DNA from: Deltaproteobacteria bacterium
GTDB lineage: Bacteria > Desulfobacterota > Binatia > UBA12015
Length of the DNA: 25,790 nucleotides
Direction of reading: 5' to 3'
Assembly (NCBI GenBank): GCA_046583355.1
Contig: JAYGCM010000082.1
Location: 1 to 25,790 of the forward strand
Part shown: one piece after another, positions 1 through 10,500 of the stretch
How positions within the stretch are numbered: the stretch's first letter is position 1
Layout: each line of letters opens with the position of its first letter
Translations under genes and position numbers: made by a program
The notes under the pieces: model-generated
Told to the model about the DNA's origin: nothing
The model's input: the letters and a program-made list of their open reading frames with translations, nothing else
Databases searched by the model: none

Positions 1-169
1 GAATGTACGCAACCCACTCGGTGGGGATCGGGCACACGAGCGACCGGCCCCCTACGGACGCCGGCGCAAGGCCGGCGCGCCATTGCGCCGACAGCGCAGC
101 GGCCAGTAGCGGCAGAAACCATCCAGATCTGCGATGGCAGGGGAACGCCAACGCCGTCGGAAGCAGGCG

Positions 170-634
170 TCAGCGCGGCACTGGGTTGGGCGGGATGTTG
201 AGTTTGCCGGTCGGCTTCCAGCCGCTCTCTTGCATCACCTCGAAGACGTGCACCATATTGAGATGGTCGTATTCCGAGGCGAAGAGGCCGTCGCCGGCGT
301 ACTCCATCACCGAGAGGCCGGGCACCTCATAGAAGGTGCCGTCGGCGCGCTGGCCGGGCAGGCGATTCATCCAGGCCGATACCAGGCGCGTCCCCTCGAC
401 CATGGTCCAGAGATGCGGGAAGGTCCAGCCTTCCAGCCCGGCCATGGACTCTTGCATAAATCGCTGAATTGCGGGGCGGCCCTGCACGCGGCCCCAGGCG
501 GGGTCGACGAAGACCGCGTCTTCGGCAAAGAAGCCGGCCAGCTCCGACCAACCCAGTTCGCCGCGCTCGACACGGTCACGGGTCGCCACCAGACGCGCAT
601 AGGCGTCGCGAATTTCCTCTTGAAGATTCGGCAT
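170..634 (-). CDS. SnoaL-like / NTF2-family protein (154 aa)
   Basis: MPNLQEE... with the typical SnoaL pattern 'WSELAGFFAEDAVFVDPAWGRVQGRPAIQRF' and 'GLSVMEYAGDGLFASEYD'. ATG at 634 preferred over the longer ORF start at 703. Confidence 0.85.
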   Translation of the reverse strand: MPNLQEEIRDAYARLVATRDRVERGELGWSELAGFFAEDAVFVDPAWGRVQGRPAIQRFMQESMAGLEGWTFPHLWTMVEGTRLVSAWMNRLPGQRADGTFYEVPGLSVMEYAGDGLFASEYDHLNMVHVFEVMQESGWKPTGKLNIPPNPVPR

Positions 635-737
635 CCACGCCACATCTAGAGACTTCGGCGAAAAGTGCAACGGCACGCGAACCTCGCTCGCCTTTCCACG
701 CACGTCGGAAAGAGATGGCTCCCACCCGCACCTCCGT

Positions 738-743
738 TATGAT
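738..743 (+). promoter_or_regulatory. Putative -10 hexamer (TATGAT) of a leaderless promoter
   Basis: TATGAT lies 7 nt upstream of the ATG at 751, with no Shine-Dalgarno in between. No clear -35 element. Confidence 0.45.
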
Positions 744-750
744 CCTGCCT

Positions 751-1677
751 ATGCCCCCCAATGGAAGAGTCGAAGAGCACCCGGATTGGGCGCATGCCGC
801 ACCGGCCCGCCGGCATGTGATCCGACCGCTCGGCGTTCCGCTGGTGCTGCACGAATGGGGCGACCCGGTAGCGCCGCCGCTGGTGCTGGTGCACGGCTTC
901 CTCGACCATGGCCGCGGCTTCGAGCCGATCGCACCGCGCTTGGCCGAGAAATACCGCGTCATCTCCTACGATGCGCGCGGGCACGGTGAGTCGGGCTGGT
1001 GTGATGGCTACGCTTGGCCTCTGGATGTCGCCGAACTGATCGAGGTTCTGCGCTGGACCGGTGGGCCCGCCTGCCTGGTCGGCCATAGCCGCGGCGGCGC
1101 CATGGCGACCGAGGCCGCCATCCTGGCTCCTGAACTGGTACATAAGGTGGTCAACGTCGACGGCTTCGGTCCGCCGCCCGACGGCTTCGGCCCGATCGGC
1201 AGAAAGTCCGATCAGCGTTCTTCTGCGGAGAAATTCACCGATTATCTCGACCAGCGGCGCGGCGATAGCGGCGAGAGGAGCTGGCGCGCCTACGACTCCA
1301 TCGACGCGCTGGTAGCCCGGCGGCACTCGCAGAACCCGCGACTCGACGGAAGCTGGTTGGAGCATTTCGTCCGCATCGGCACGCGCGAGACTGAGGCCGG
1401 TTTCGTCTGGCGCGCCGACCCCTTGCTGATCCGCGGCTTCGGCCCCTGGCAGATCGAATGGGTCGCTCGTCAATGGCCGCATATCAAAGTACCCATGCTG
1501 GCCGTGATCGGTTCGGAGCAGGACACCTGGGGGCCGCTGCCGGAGTCCATCATCGGCCCACGGCTGGACCGCATCCCGCAATTGGAACGTGCCTGCATCG
1601 AAGGCGCGGGGCATTTCGTTCATATGGAAAAACCCGACGCCTTCGTCGATCTTCTCCACTCCTGGTTTGACTCATGA
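751..1677 (+). CDS. Alpha/beta-fold hydrolase with intact triad motifs (308 aa)
   Basis: Oxyanion motif LVHGFLD, DARGHGES, nucleophile elbow GHSRGG, acid in GSEQD, catalytic His in GAGHFVH. Alternative starts at 715 and 739. Confidence 0.9.
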   Translation: MPPNGRVEEHPDWAHAAPARRHVIRPLGVPLVLHEWGDPVAPPLVLVHGFLDHGRGFEPIAPRLAEKYRVISYDARGHGESGWCDGYAWPLDVAELIEVLRWTGGPACLVGHSRGGAMATEAAILAPELVHKVVNVDGFGPPPDGFGPIGRKSDQRSSAEKFTDYLDQRRGDSGERSWRAYDSIDALVARRHSQNPRLDGSWLEHFVRIGTRETEAGFVWRADPLLIRGFGPWQIEWVARQWPHIKVPMLAVIGSEQDTWGPLPESIIGPRLDRIPQLERACIEGAGHFVHMEKPDAFVDLLHSWFDS

Positions 1678-2372
1678 GTGCCCAGGCAAAACGCGCGCGG
1701 GTCGCCTTGCACCACGGCCGCACGTCCCTGGCCCTACACCGGCGCAAGGAGGCCGCGGGCCCGAATCTACTGCTTCTGCACGAGCTCTACGCCTCATCCG
1801 AGATGTGGGCGGCCGAGGTCGACGCCTGGCAGGGCAGCGTCTGGGCGCTCGATTTCTCGGGCCACGGCGACTCGGCCTGGCGCGAGGGCGGGATCTATTT
1901 CCCCGAGACGCTGGCCGCCGACGCAGACGCCGCTCTCGGCAAAATTGGCTCGGCTTGCCTGGCCGGCGCCGGTGTCGGTGCCTATGCAGCCTTATTGCTG
2001 GCCGGCGGCCGTCCCAAGGAGGTGCAGGCCACCTTGCTGCTTCCCGGCGCTGGGCTCGCCGGCTACGGCACCGAACCGCCGCACGACCCCGCGGACGGCG
2101 ACTTCACGCGCATCGCCGCGGCCAACCGCACCAGTGCCGACCCCGCCTCGGCTGCCTTTGACCCGCGCGTCGTTCTGGCAGAAGCCGATGCGCGGCCGAC
2201 CAACTATGCGCTGAGCTTCGCCCAGCGCGCCGGCACCCTTCTGCTGGCCGAAGATGGCACGACGCGACCGCCCTGGTGGGAAGAGGTTCGACTCAAAGGC
2301 GGCGCGAGCACTACCACGACCGAGTTGAGCGTCACGCTCGCCGCTTTGCACGCCGCCGGTGCCGCCGCATAA
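1674..2372 (+). CDS. Alpha/beta-hydrolase-fold protein lacking the catalytic serine (232 aa)
   Basis: LLLHEL and WALDFSGHGDS match the fold, but the elbow reads GAGVG and no C-terminal GH motif is visible. ATGA overlap with the upstream hydrolase stop. Confidence 0.8.
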   Translation: MSAQAKRARVALHHGRTSLALHRRKEAAGPNLLLLHELYASSEMWAAEVDAWQGSVWALDFSGHGDSAWREGGIYFPETLAADADAALGKIGSACLAGAGVGAYAALLLAGGRPKEVQATLLLPGAGLAGYGTEPPHDPADGDFTRIAAANRTSADPASAAFDPRVVLAEADARPTNYALSFAQRAGTLLLAEDGTTRPPWWEEVRLKGGASTTTTELSVTLAALHAAGAAA

Positions 2373-2401
2373 GCCGGCGCGCAAAAATCGGTCTCCGGGC
2401 T

Positions 2402-4306
2402 TCAGTCGGATTCGACGGCGAGTTCGAGCAGCACATCGGCCAGCGCTGAGGTGCGCGGCAAATGGTTCGCCAGGCCCTCGGCCCAACGCGCGCGCGGCCC
2501 CGCCACGAGAAGGCGCTCGCGTGCTCGAGTTGCCGCCGTATAGAGAAGCTCGCGCGTCAGCAGCCGGGAGGGGAACTCCGGCAAGACCAGGCATACGCTC
2601 TCGAATTCCGAGCCCTGACTTTTATGAACGGTCATGGCGAATACGGTTTCGACGTGCGAGAGCCGGCCCGGCGCGACACCGCGGGGCTCCGTGCCTGTAT
2701 CGAAGAAGACCTGCAATCGACCGTCTGCGCCACGCAGCGCAATCCCGACATCCCCGTTGAAAAGGCGCAGCGTATGGTTATTGCGCGTGACCATGACCAT
2801 GCGACCGGGATACCAGGGCCCGGCGACGCGCAGCCCATGATGGTCGCGCAGGTGGCGCTCAATTCTCGCATTGAGACCAACAATGCCCGCTGCGCCTTCG
2901 CGGCGTATGGCGAGGACGCGGAAGCGCGCCATCGCGCTGAGGATTTCGCGCGCCGAGGCTCGCGAGGAGAGTGCCTGCAGCAGCGGCGCGTAGCCGGCTG
3001 CAATTTCCTCAAGCAAGGCATCCTTCTCGGCGCCCCCGCTGCGAACGCAGCGCAGATCGGCGCGACCCTCATCCAGCAATGTATCGGTGCGCGAGAAATC
3101 GCCTGCCCGCAAGGCCGCCGCCAGCTCGCCGATGCCCGAGTCGGCAGCAAAACGGAAGGACTCGTCGAGCACCACAACGGCGTCCTCGAGCGGTGCGTCG
3201 CCGCCTGTTGCCACCGCGATGCCGGTGGCCTCATGCAATCCGGCGGCGCCGGCCGCACTCCAGCGGCCGCCGCCGCCGACCAATTCGCCAAAGACCGATC
3301 CCACCTCGACCGGTGGCAATTGCTCGGGGTCGCCAACCAGAATAAGGCGCGCGTGGGCCGGCAGCGCGCGCACCACCTTGGCCATCAAGGCGACATCCAC
3401 CATCGAACTCTCGTCGATCACCAACGCATGCAGCGGCAGAGGGTTTGCGGCATTATGGCGGAAACGAACGCCGTCGGGCGCGCCGCCAAGCAGGCGGTGC
3501 AATGTCGCTGGCTCCTCGTCGACGATCTCGGCGATCCGGCCTTCAGGATCGATGCGCTCGCGCGCCGCCTTGAGTTGCTCACCGAGCCGGTTGGCCGCCT
3601 TGCCCGTCGGCGCCGCGACCCGCACACGAAAACTCGCATCCTCGGCATGTTCGGCGAGCAAGCGCAGAATACAGGCGACGATGGTCGTCTTGCCGGTACC
3701 CGCACCGCCGGCGACAATGGTCAGGCGACGCAATAAAGCGGTTGCCACGGCGAGGCGTTGGCCGTCGGCCAGCTTCATACCGCGCGCCGCGATCGCATCG
3801 AGGCTTGCGGCCACGGCCGCGGGGTCCACGCCGGTCCCCGGCCCACTCGCCCGCGCGAAAAGGTGTTCGGCCAGGTCGTGTTCATAGAGCCAGTAGCGAT
3901 GCAGGTAGAGCCGCCCCTGGCCGTCGAGAATCAGCGGCCGGAAGTCACCCGGTGCGCCCACAATCGTCGCGCCACGCAGCGCGGCCAGCCAGGCGTCCAG
4001 CGCCGGCGCTCGTAGCCCCGCTTCGGGGCCAGCACCTGGCGAAGCCTCATCGCCCTGCGGCCAGGGGCGTCCGGCATAGTCGGCCAATTGCACGCAGACC
4101 CGGCCGCTGCCGGTCGACGCACTCGCCAGCGCCGCTGCCTGAAAGATCTCGGCCGAGGGCTCAGGCTCGAAGCGCAGAAGAGTCGTGGCAAAGCGCAGGT
4201 CGAATTCGCCAAAAACCAGGCCAAGCCCGGCGGCAAAGCCCCCTGGTTCCGGCGCGCCACCGCGATTGTCCTTGGCCGTCGCGTTTTCAGCCCCGGAGTC
4301 GTTCAT
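2402..4306 (-). CDS. recD: Exodeoxyribonuclease V alpha subunit RecD (634 aa)
   Basis: RLYLHRYW, Walker A GGAGTGKTT, APTGKAANRL, TLHRLLG, DESSMVD, GDPEQL, LFNGDVG, AMTVHKSQGSEF, RELLYTAATRA. GGAGGAG Shine-Dalgarno at 4311-4317 supports the start at 4306. Confidence 0.97.
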   Translation of the reverse strand: MNDSGAENATAKDNRGGAPEPGGFAAGLGLVFGEFDLRFATTLLRFEPEPSAEIFQAAALASASTGSGRVCVQLADYAGRPWPQGDEASPGAGPEAGLRAPALDAWLAALRGATIVGAPGDFRPLILDGQGRLYLHRYWLYEHDLAEHLFARASGPGTGVDPAAVAASLDAIAARGMKLADGQRLAVATALLRRLTIVAGGAGTGKTTIVACILRLLAEHAEDASFRVRVAAPTGKAANRLGEQLKAARERIDPEGRIAEIVDEEPATLHRLLGGAPDGVRFRHNAANPLPLHALVIDESSMVDVALMAKVVRALPAHARLILVGDPEQLPPVEVGSVFGELVGGGGRWSAAGAAGLHEATGIAVATGGDAPLEDAVVVLDESFRFAADSGIGELAAALRAGDFSRTDTLLDEGRADLRCVRSGGAEKDALLEEIAAGYAPLLQALSSRASAREILSAMARFRVLAIRREGAAGIVGLNARIERHLRDHHGLRVAGPWYPGRMVMVTRNNHTLRLFNGDVGIALRGADGRLQVFFDTGTEPRGVAPGRLSHVETVFAMTVHKSQGSEFESVCLVLPEFPSRLLTRELLYTAATRARERLLVAGPRARWAEGLANHLPRTSALADVLLELAVESD

Positions 4307-7300
4307 CGAACTCCTCCACCAATGCCCGTGGCGGCCGATGCGCAAATACACCGCTGGCCGAGCCGAGCAGCGGTCGCATCCCGCGCAAGAAGAGATAGCG
4401 CACGCCGCCGAAATGCCGATCGTAATCGTAATCGCTCAGGCGCCTTTGCAGCATCCGATGCACGGCCACGGTGTAGGTCAGATATTGCAGCGTGTAGAGC
4501 TGCTCCTGCATCACTGACGGCAGGCGCGGCGCGGCATAATCCTCAAGCTGCGGCCCGAGCCAATTCGATTTATAATCGACCAAGTAGAAGCGCCCGCCGG
4601 ACTCGAAGACAAGATCAATATAGCCCTTCACATAGCCCTGCGTGAGCGGCGTGGGCAGCTCCTCGTCACGCGCGCTGCTGCCCAGGCCGGCCAGGCCGTG
4701 TCTTGCCAGCAGCGCATTGAGATCGTCGAGCGTGATCGTCGCGGCTGGATAATGAAACTCGACTTCATCGAGGCGCCGCGTGCGGGCGACGTCCGCCAGC
4801 AGCACGCTACCGTCGACTTCGAGCGACGTATGCAACACGTCGTCGACCATCTGCTCTACAACCGGAAGCCACTCGGGGTCGAAACGAAACGCCGCCAGCG
4901 CCGCAATAATATGTGCGCGACGTGCGTCCGGATCCTGATTCTGGAAATCGATCTTCTCGAAAATTCGGTGCAGGCAAACACCCGGAACGGCGCCTTTGGG
5001 AAACGAGAAAATGCTCCGTCCCGGCGGCATCGCCGCAGCCATGGCTGGGGCAGCACCGCTATCATGGTCGCGGCGCTCGGCACCGCGTCCGGCCGTAAGC
5101 GCCGAGAAGCTGGTTGTCCAGCGCGTCGTACGAATCCGACGGCTGAGCTGGCGTGCGACGAATTGCGTGACCTCCCCTGCGCCAGGCGCGGCCACGTTTA
5201 CCCCGGCATTGAGATCGTCGGCAATCGACTCAATCGCCAGCGCGCCGCCCGATGCCAGCCGCAACTCCTCCAGGACGACACGCAACGACTCATCCGAGCC
5301 TGCCAATGCGGCTTTGTCCGCATCGCCGTTCGCATCGCGAGGCAGCAGAAGCCAGCCGAGCGCGGAATTCTCCGCGTTTTCAATCGATCCCCAGGTGAAG
5401 ACGCAAGCGTGTTTCGCCCTCGTCAAGGCCACATAAAGCAGGCGCAAGCGATTCGCCAACTCCTCGCGCGCCTGCGTCTGGCGATGCTCGTCCTGTGCTT
5501 CACTGCCGAGATCGAGGGTCGGCCGCCAATCGTCTTTTTCGTCGTGAAAGTCGACCATCGGGTTACCCGAGCCGAGCTTGCGCGCTGCGTGGGTAAAGGG
5601 ACAGAAGACGAAATCATATTCGAGGCCCTTGCAGGAATGGATCGTGACGATCTGTACCAGATTCTCATCGGACTCGAGGCGCACTACGAGTTCATCAGCA
5701 CCCGTGGTTCCCCCGGCCAGCTTGGCGAGCCTCCGATGCTCGGCAAACCATGCGACCAGACGGTCGATACCTTGGCGCTGCCGCATCCCCTCTGCACGGA
5801 GAAGCTCAAGCAAATGGAGAAGATTCGTCAGCGCACGCTCGCCGCCGGCTGCGCTGAGCAGGCGCGCCACGACTTTGTTTGCCGAGAGCCAATGCGCCAA
5901 CATCGCCGAGACACCCTCGGCAAAATGCTGGTCGCGCAGCTCGCGGAAATGCTGCTGCACCGCGTCCCATTCACTCTCGGTCTGGGCGATGGCGTAGATG
6001 GCCGCCGCATCGAGGCCGTGCAGGCCAGTGGCGAGCGCCGCGCGAATGCGCCTCTCGCGCGCCGGGTCGGCGATCGCGAGAAGAACTCGTTCGAGTTCTT
6101 CGGCCTCGCGGCTGGCAAAAACGTTCTCACGGCCGCGCCGCACGCTCGCCACGCCGCGGCGCGCGAGCGCCCCGCGTACCGCTTCGGCCTCAGAACCGTT
6201 CGCGACCAGGACTGCGATATTCCGACCGCTCACGCTCTCGTCGCCGATACACGCCTCGCCTTTGCGACCCGCTTCGAGCAGCCCGGCGATCTCGTCTGCG
6301 AGCTTGCGCAGGATCCGATCCCGAACCGCTTTCGCCTTCTGCGGCTTGCCCACCCCGTCCTCGCGCTCGATGAACCAGACCCGTAGCGGCGACTTTTCGA
6401 GGCCGCCCAGCGTAACCTTCGGGCGGTCCCTTTCGGCCGGTGCGGCCGGATGAAATTCGATCTGGGAAAAAACGAAAGGGTCCTCGGCACGCTCAAAGAG
6501 CGCGTTCACCCCGGCGATGAGGCGCGGGACAGTACGCCAATTCTCCTCGAGCGAGTGGCGCGCAGCCGCGCTCTCACGCGCCTTGAGATACGCAAAAATA
6601 TCAGCACCGCGAAATCCGTAAATCGCCTGCTTGGGATCGCCCACAAGAAAGACCGGATTGTCCTGCCCCCCGTAGATTCCCGAGAAAATCTCATATTGAA
6701 TCGGGTCGGTATCCTGAAATTCGTCGATCAAGGCAGCCCGAAAACGGCGACGGATTCGCGCGGCAAGGCGCGCGCCACGTTGCTCCGAAGCAAGCGCATT
6801 ACGCAGATTCAGCAGTAGGTCGTCGAAATAGAGCTGGCGGCGTTCGGCCTTGCGCCTGGGCAACTCGGCATCGAGCCAGTCGAGAAGATCTGCGCGAAGC
6901 CCATTCAATTCAGCGGCCTGCACATCCTCGACCGGCGCGGGTGGCAGCCGGCGAAAATAGGGTCGCCCGATCCATTTCTCCACTTCCCCCTGGAGCTTCG
7001 CTGGGGTATATTTTTTCTTGACCAGGAGATATTGCAGGAAATCCGGATCGCGGCCCTGCACCTGCTGACGCCAGAAGTCCTCGACGCAGGTCCGGATCCA
7101 TTCTTCCTGATCCTGCAACATCTCCGAGGCAAACGCCGAACCGCTCTCGAAGGCGGCGTCCTCCAGCGCACGCTGGCAGAAACCGTGAATCGTGAAAACC
7201 GAAGCCTCGTCGAGTTGATGCAAAGCGCGTTCGCAGCGCAGCCGCGCACGCCCCCCATCCTCGCCGACTCGGGCTACGATGTCCTTGCAAAAATCATCGC

Positions 7301-7553
7301 CCCCTTCGATGCCGGCCAATGCCCGCCCCACGGCGCCAAGACGCTGGCGAATACGCGTGCGCAACTCAGCCGTTGCGGCTTTCGTATAGGTCACCACCAG
7401 AATATCCGGAACCTCGAAATCCGTCTCCAGGAGGAGGCGAACGTAGAGCCCGGTGATCGTCCAGGTCTTGCCGGTTCCGGCACTGGCTTCGATCGCCTGG
7501 GTTCCACCAAGTGGGACTGCGAAGAGATCGAGCCGGCGTGAGTCTTGACTCAT
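4287..7553 (-). CDS. recB: Exodeoxyribonuclease V beta subunit RecB (1088 aa, short 1B arm region)
   Basis: IEASAGTGKT, FTIHGFCQR, DEFQDTDP, GDPKQAIYGFRGAD, TIHSCKGLEY, LLYVALTRA, nuclease motif GYIDLVF...VDYKSN. ATGA overlap with the recC stop. Confidence 0.97.
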   Translation of the reverse strand: MSQDSRRLDLFAVPLGGTQAIEASAGTGKTWTITGLYVRLLLETDFEVPDILVVTYTKAATAELRTRIRQRLGAVGRALAGIEGGDDFCKDIVARVGEDGGRARLRCERALHQLDEASVFTIHGFCQRALEDAAFESGSAFASEMLQDQEEWIRTCVEDFWRQQVQGRDPDFLQYLLVKKKYTPAKLQGEVEKWIGRPYFRRLPPAPVEDVQAAELNGLRADLLDWLDAELPRRKAERRQLYFDDLLLNLRNALASEQRGARLAARIRRRFRAALIDEFQDTDPIQYEIFSGIYGGQDNPVFLVGDPKQAIYGFRGADIFAYLKARESAAARHSLEENWRTVPRLIAGVNALFERAEDPFVFSQIEFHPAAPAERDRPKVTLGGLEKSPLRVWFIEREDGVGKPQKAKAVRDRILRKLADEIAGLLEAGRKGEACIGDESVSGRNIAVLVANGSEAEAVRGALARRGVASVRRGRENVFASREAEELERVLLAIADPARERRIRAALATGLHGLDAAAIYAIAQTESEWDAVQQHFRELRDQHFAEGVSAMLAHWLSANKVVARLLSAAGGERALTNLLHLLELLRAEGMRQRQGIDRLVAWFAEHRRLAKLAGGTTGADELVVRLESDENLVQIVTIHSCKGLEYDFVFCPFTHAARKLGSGNPMVDFHDEKDDWRPTLDLGSEAQDEHRQTQAREELANRLRLLYVALTRAKHACVFTWGSIENAENSALGWLLLPRDANGDADKAALAGSDESLRVVLEELRLASGGALAIESIADDLNAGVNVAAPGAGEVTQFVARQLSRRIRTTRWTTSFSALTAGRGAERRDHDSGAAPAMAAAMPPGRSIFSFPKGAVPGVCLHRIFEKIDFQNQDPDARRAHIIAALAAFRFDPEWLPVVEQMVDDVLHTSLEVDGSVLLADVARTRRLDEVEFHYPAATITLDDLNALLARHGLAGLGSSARDEELPTPLTQGYVKGYIDLVFESGGRFYLVDYKSNWLGPQLEDYAAPRLPSVMQEQLYTLQYLTYTVAVHRMLQRRLSDYDYDRHFGGVRYLFLRGMRPLLGSASGVFAHRPPRALVEEFDERLRG

Positions 7554-10500
7554 TTCTTCGCCTTTCGTTTCTTCTTCACCTTCTTCAGGCGATGATGCAG
7601 GGGACCCCAGATACGTCGGCAATGCGCCTCGTAGCGTTCGTCAATTGCTTCATCTGGATTCGGCCAGATCATCTTGAGTTCCGGCGAGAACATCCAGGTA
7701 CCGCCACGGGGATTCGCAAAATCCACTCGCGACTGACGCATCGGTTCTTTCACGCGCGAGTTGAAGAACTTCTCGGCGAGGCGGGGAAAGAAGGCAAGCG
7801 GCTCACGCAAGCCCTCCCAATAGAACGCCAGCAAATCGGCCAGATGCTCGCGGGCATCGGGCTCTTCCTCGATCCAGCGGTCATCGCCTGGCGCGAGGCA
7901 ATGCGTACGCACGGGGACACCCGCCACCGAAAGAATCAGATGCTCGACCCAATATTCGATCAGGCGGCGCTCATCGAGCACGAAATTAGCGCCTTTCTTC
8001 CGGCCCTGAAAGGCAGCGAAACGCTCTTCGCCGTAGACCTGTTCGATCTCACCGACAATCCTGAATCCGTCCAGCATCAGATCAATCGGAACCGTGCGTG
8101 GAGCGACGGCAGGCTCGGCTGCCGCAACGCGTACAATGAATTCTTCCATCGAGCCGGCGGCGTCGCCCACGAAAACCGGTCCGGCATGACCATGTGGCAA
8201 CCGGCCGGCGGCACGCATCAGCACGGCCGTCTCGGTCACATTTTCACCGGCCAGCCCGCGGACGAGCAGGTCCTCGCGTAGCTGCCAGGCTTCGAGCGCG
8301 TCGAAGCCGAAGCTTTCGGTCGCCGGCACACTCGCCTCGGCCTCATCGAGCCGGATACCCAGGCGCTCCTGGAGAAAATATTTCGCGGGTGAACGAAAGA
8401 AGCGCGCGAGGCGGGCAACGCTGATGGTACGCCATTCCGCATCGGGTTCGGGCAGCCGCGCGGCAAGAAACCCCTTGGATTCCGGATGAGTCGCACGCCG
8501 CGTGAGCGCCGCGGCGAGATCTTCGCGGTAGCTGAAGAGCGGGCCTTCCCCGGCAAAATACCGCGGACTGAAGGCCTGCAAGCGGTGCTCAAGACGAATC
8601 TTCGGCGGTGTCTCGGTGCCCGCCACAACAAAGGCCTCGCGTACTGCATCTTCGAGCTCGGCCAGAAGCAGCGAGGGCGGCGCCTCGGAGTTGTCCCGCG
8701 GTGAGCGCGACACATGGCTCAGGTAGAGGGCACGTCGCGCCGAGAGCAGTGCTTCGAGGAAGAGATAGCGATCGTCATCGCGTCGGGCGCGGTCGCCACG
8801 CTTGAAATCACCCACCATCAAATCAAAACTCGGCGGCCGTGACGAGCGCGGAAACTCCCCATCGTTCAGACCGAGCAGGCAGACGACCTCGGCCGGCACG
8901 CTGCGCATCGGCACCAGAGTGCAGAAGGTCACGCGCCCGCTGAGAAAAGCCCATGCCGCACCCGGTGCACCAAGTTTATCCTCAAGCGCGGCGCGAACCA
9001 CATCGAGCGAAACTGGTGCCACGAACCCGGCGACTGCCGCCTCGTCGCGAATCGTCTCAAGCGCGAGTCGCAATGCATCGAGTTCTTCGCCGGCGATCGG
9101 ACGCTCGAAGAACTCTTCGCCCACCTTCGCGAGAAGGTCGCACCACCCGGCGACCGGGCGCGCGCCTTCAAGCTGCCCGGCAAGCCCGGTCACAGCCCCC
9201 GCAAAGCGCTGCAACTCGCCCATCAGGCGCGCGTCGGTACCCTCAACGCCATCAACCGGCAGCACGCCAGAGAAAAGCTCGCGCCCATCGCCCGCCATGG
9301 CGTAGCCGAACATCATGCGATCGAGACCGAAACGCCAGCTATTCTCTTCGTCGCCCGGCAGCCCGAGGCGCTCGCGCGAGGCGCCATCGACACCCCAGCG
9401 AATGCCCGATGTCCGTACCCATTCGGTGAGCCGCGGCAGATCATCCTGAGTGATCCCGAAGCGGGTGCGCACGGCCTCGATCTCGAGCAAGGCCAGCACA
9501 CTCGGCGCCTCATAGCGGCCCGCGGGCAGCTCCAGGAGCGCCAGAAAAGCGTCAATCACCGGACTTTCGGTACGAGCGCGAAGGTCGGCGATGGCAAAGG
9601 GGATGCGACGATTGTCGGGGGCCGCGCCGAAAACCGCCTCGATGAGCGGCGCGTATTCGTCAATCGTCGGCATCATCACGCGCACATCGGAAGGATCGAG
9701 ATCAGGATGGGTATCGAAGAGGTGCAAGAGGTGATCGTGCAGAGCTTCGACCTCACGCATGCGGCTATAAGAGCCGCGCACCAGTAACGACTCGTCGTCG
9801 GCGGCGACCTCATGCTGCGGTTCGCCCGCGTGGCCGGGCCGCGCAAGATCGAGAATATCGCGCTGCAGAGAGGCAAGCAGGGAATCGCCCACGGGTTCAT
9901 GGAAGAGGTCGGCCGTGACACAATCATCGTCCACCACCATGGCCAGGAAGTCGCGGCCCTGCCCGCCCATCGAGGAGAGCAGAGGGTTGCCCGAGTCGAG
10001 GTAGAGTTCGGCGGGGTCCTGGTCGCCGGCGATCCGTGCAATCGAGCGCTCGGGCAGCGTCTCCATCCAGAAACCGCGACACGGGTTCACCAGGAAGATA
10101 TGCACCTCGGCGTGCAGAGCGACGGCGCGCAGGACCTGGAAAATCGCTGGCGGCAACGCCGGCAAACCGAAAACCGAGAGGCGCTCGGGAAGACCTGCCG
10201 CGGCCGCGCCGCTACCGAGAAAATCCTTCAGGAGGCGCGCCCTATGCCGACTCCCCGCACCAGCCGTGAGCTCACGCCACAACCCCGCCTGCCATTCCTC
10301 GTCGCCGTGATCGGTCGCATAGCGACCGTCTTCCCAACCCAGCACCATCTCCGGGCGGTAAACAAGATATTGGTCAAAGGCCGCTGCAATGCGCGAGGCC
10401 AGATCAAAGCGCCGGCTATCGTTGCCACCTTCGAGGTAGGCCAGCAGCGGTGCCGCGGCTCCCTCGTCCAGAGCTTCGAGCAATTCCATCAGACGCCAGG

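Noticed and set aside
1..169. Possible gene fragment at the left edge
   Set aside because: Open frames exist but none has a recognisable motif or clear start, so it cannot be supported.
4698..6386. Long antisense ORFs, for example 4698-6386 (+), 2462-3736 (+), 19515-21170 (+), 12994-14418 (-), 646-1659 (-) and 23742-24578 (-)
   Set aside because: They lie opposite well-supported genes and show no family motifs. Such shadow ORFs are expected from high-GC codon bias.
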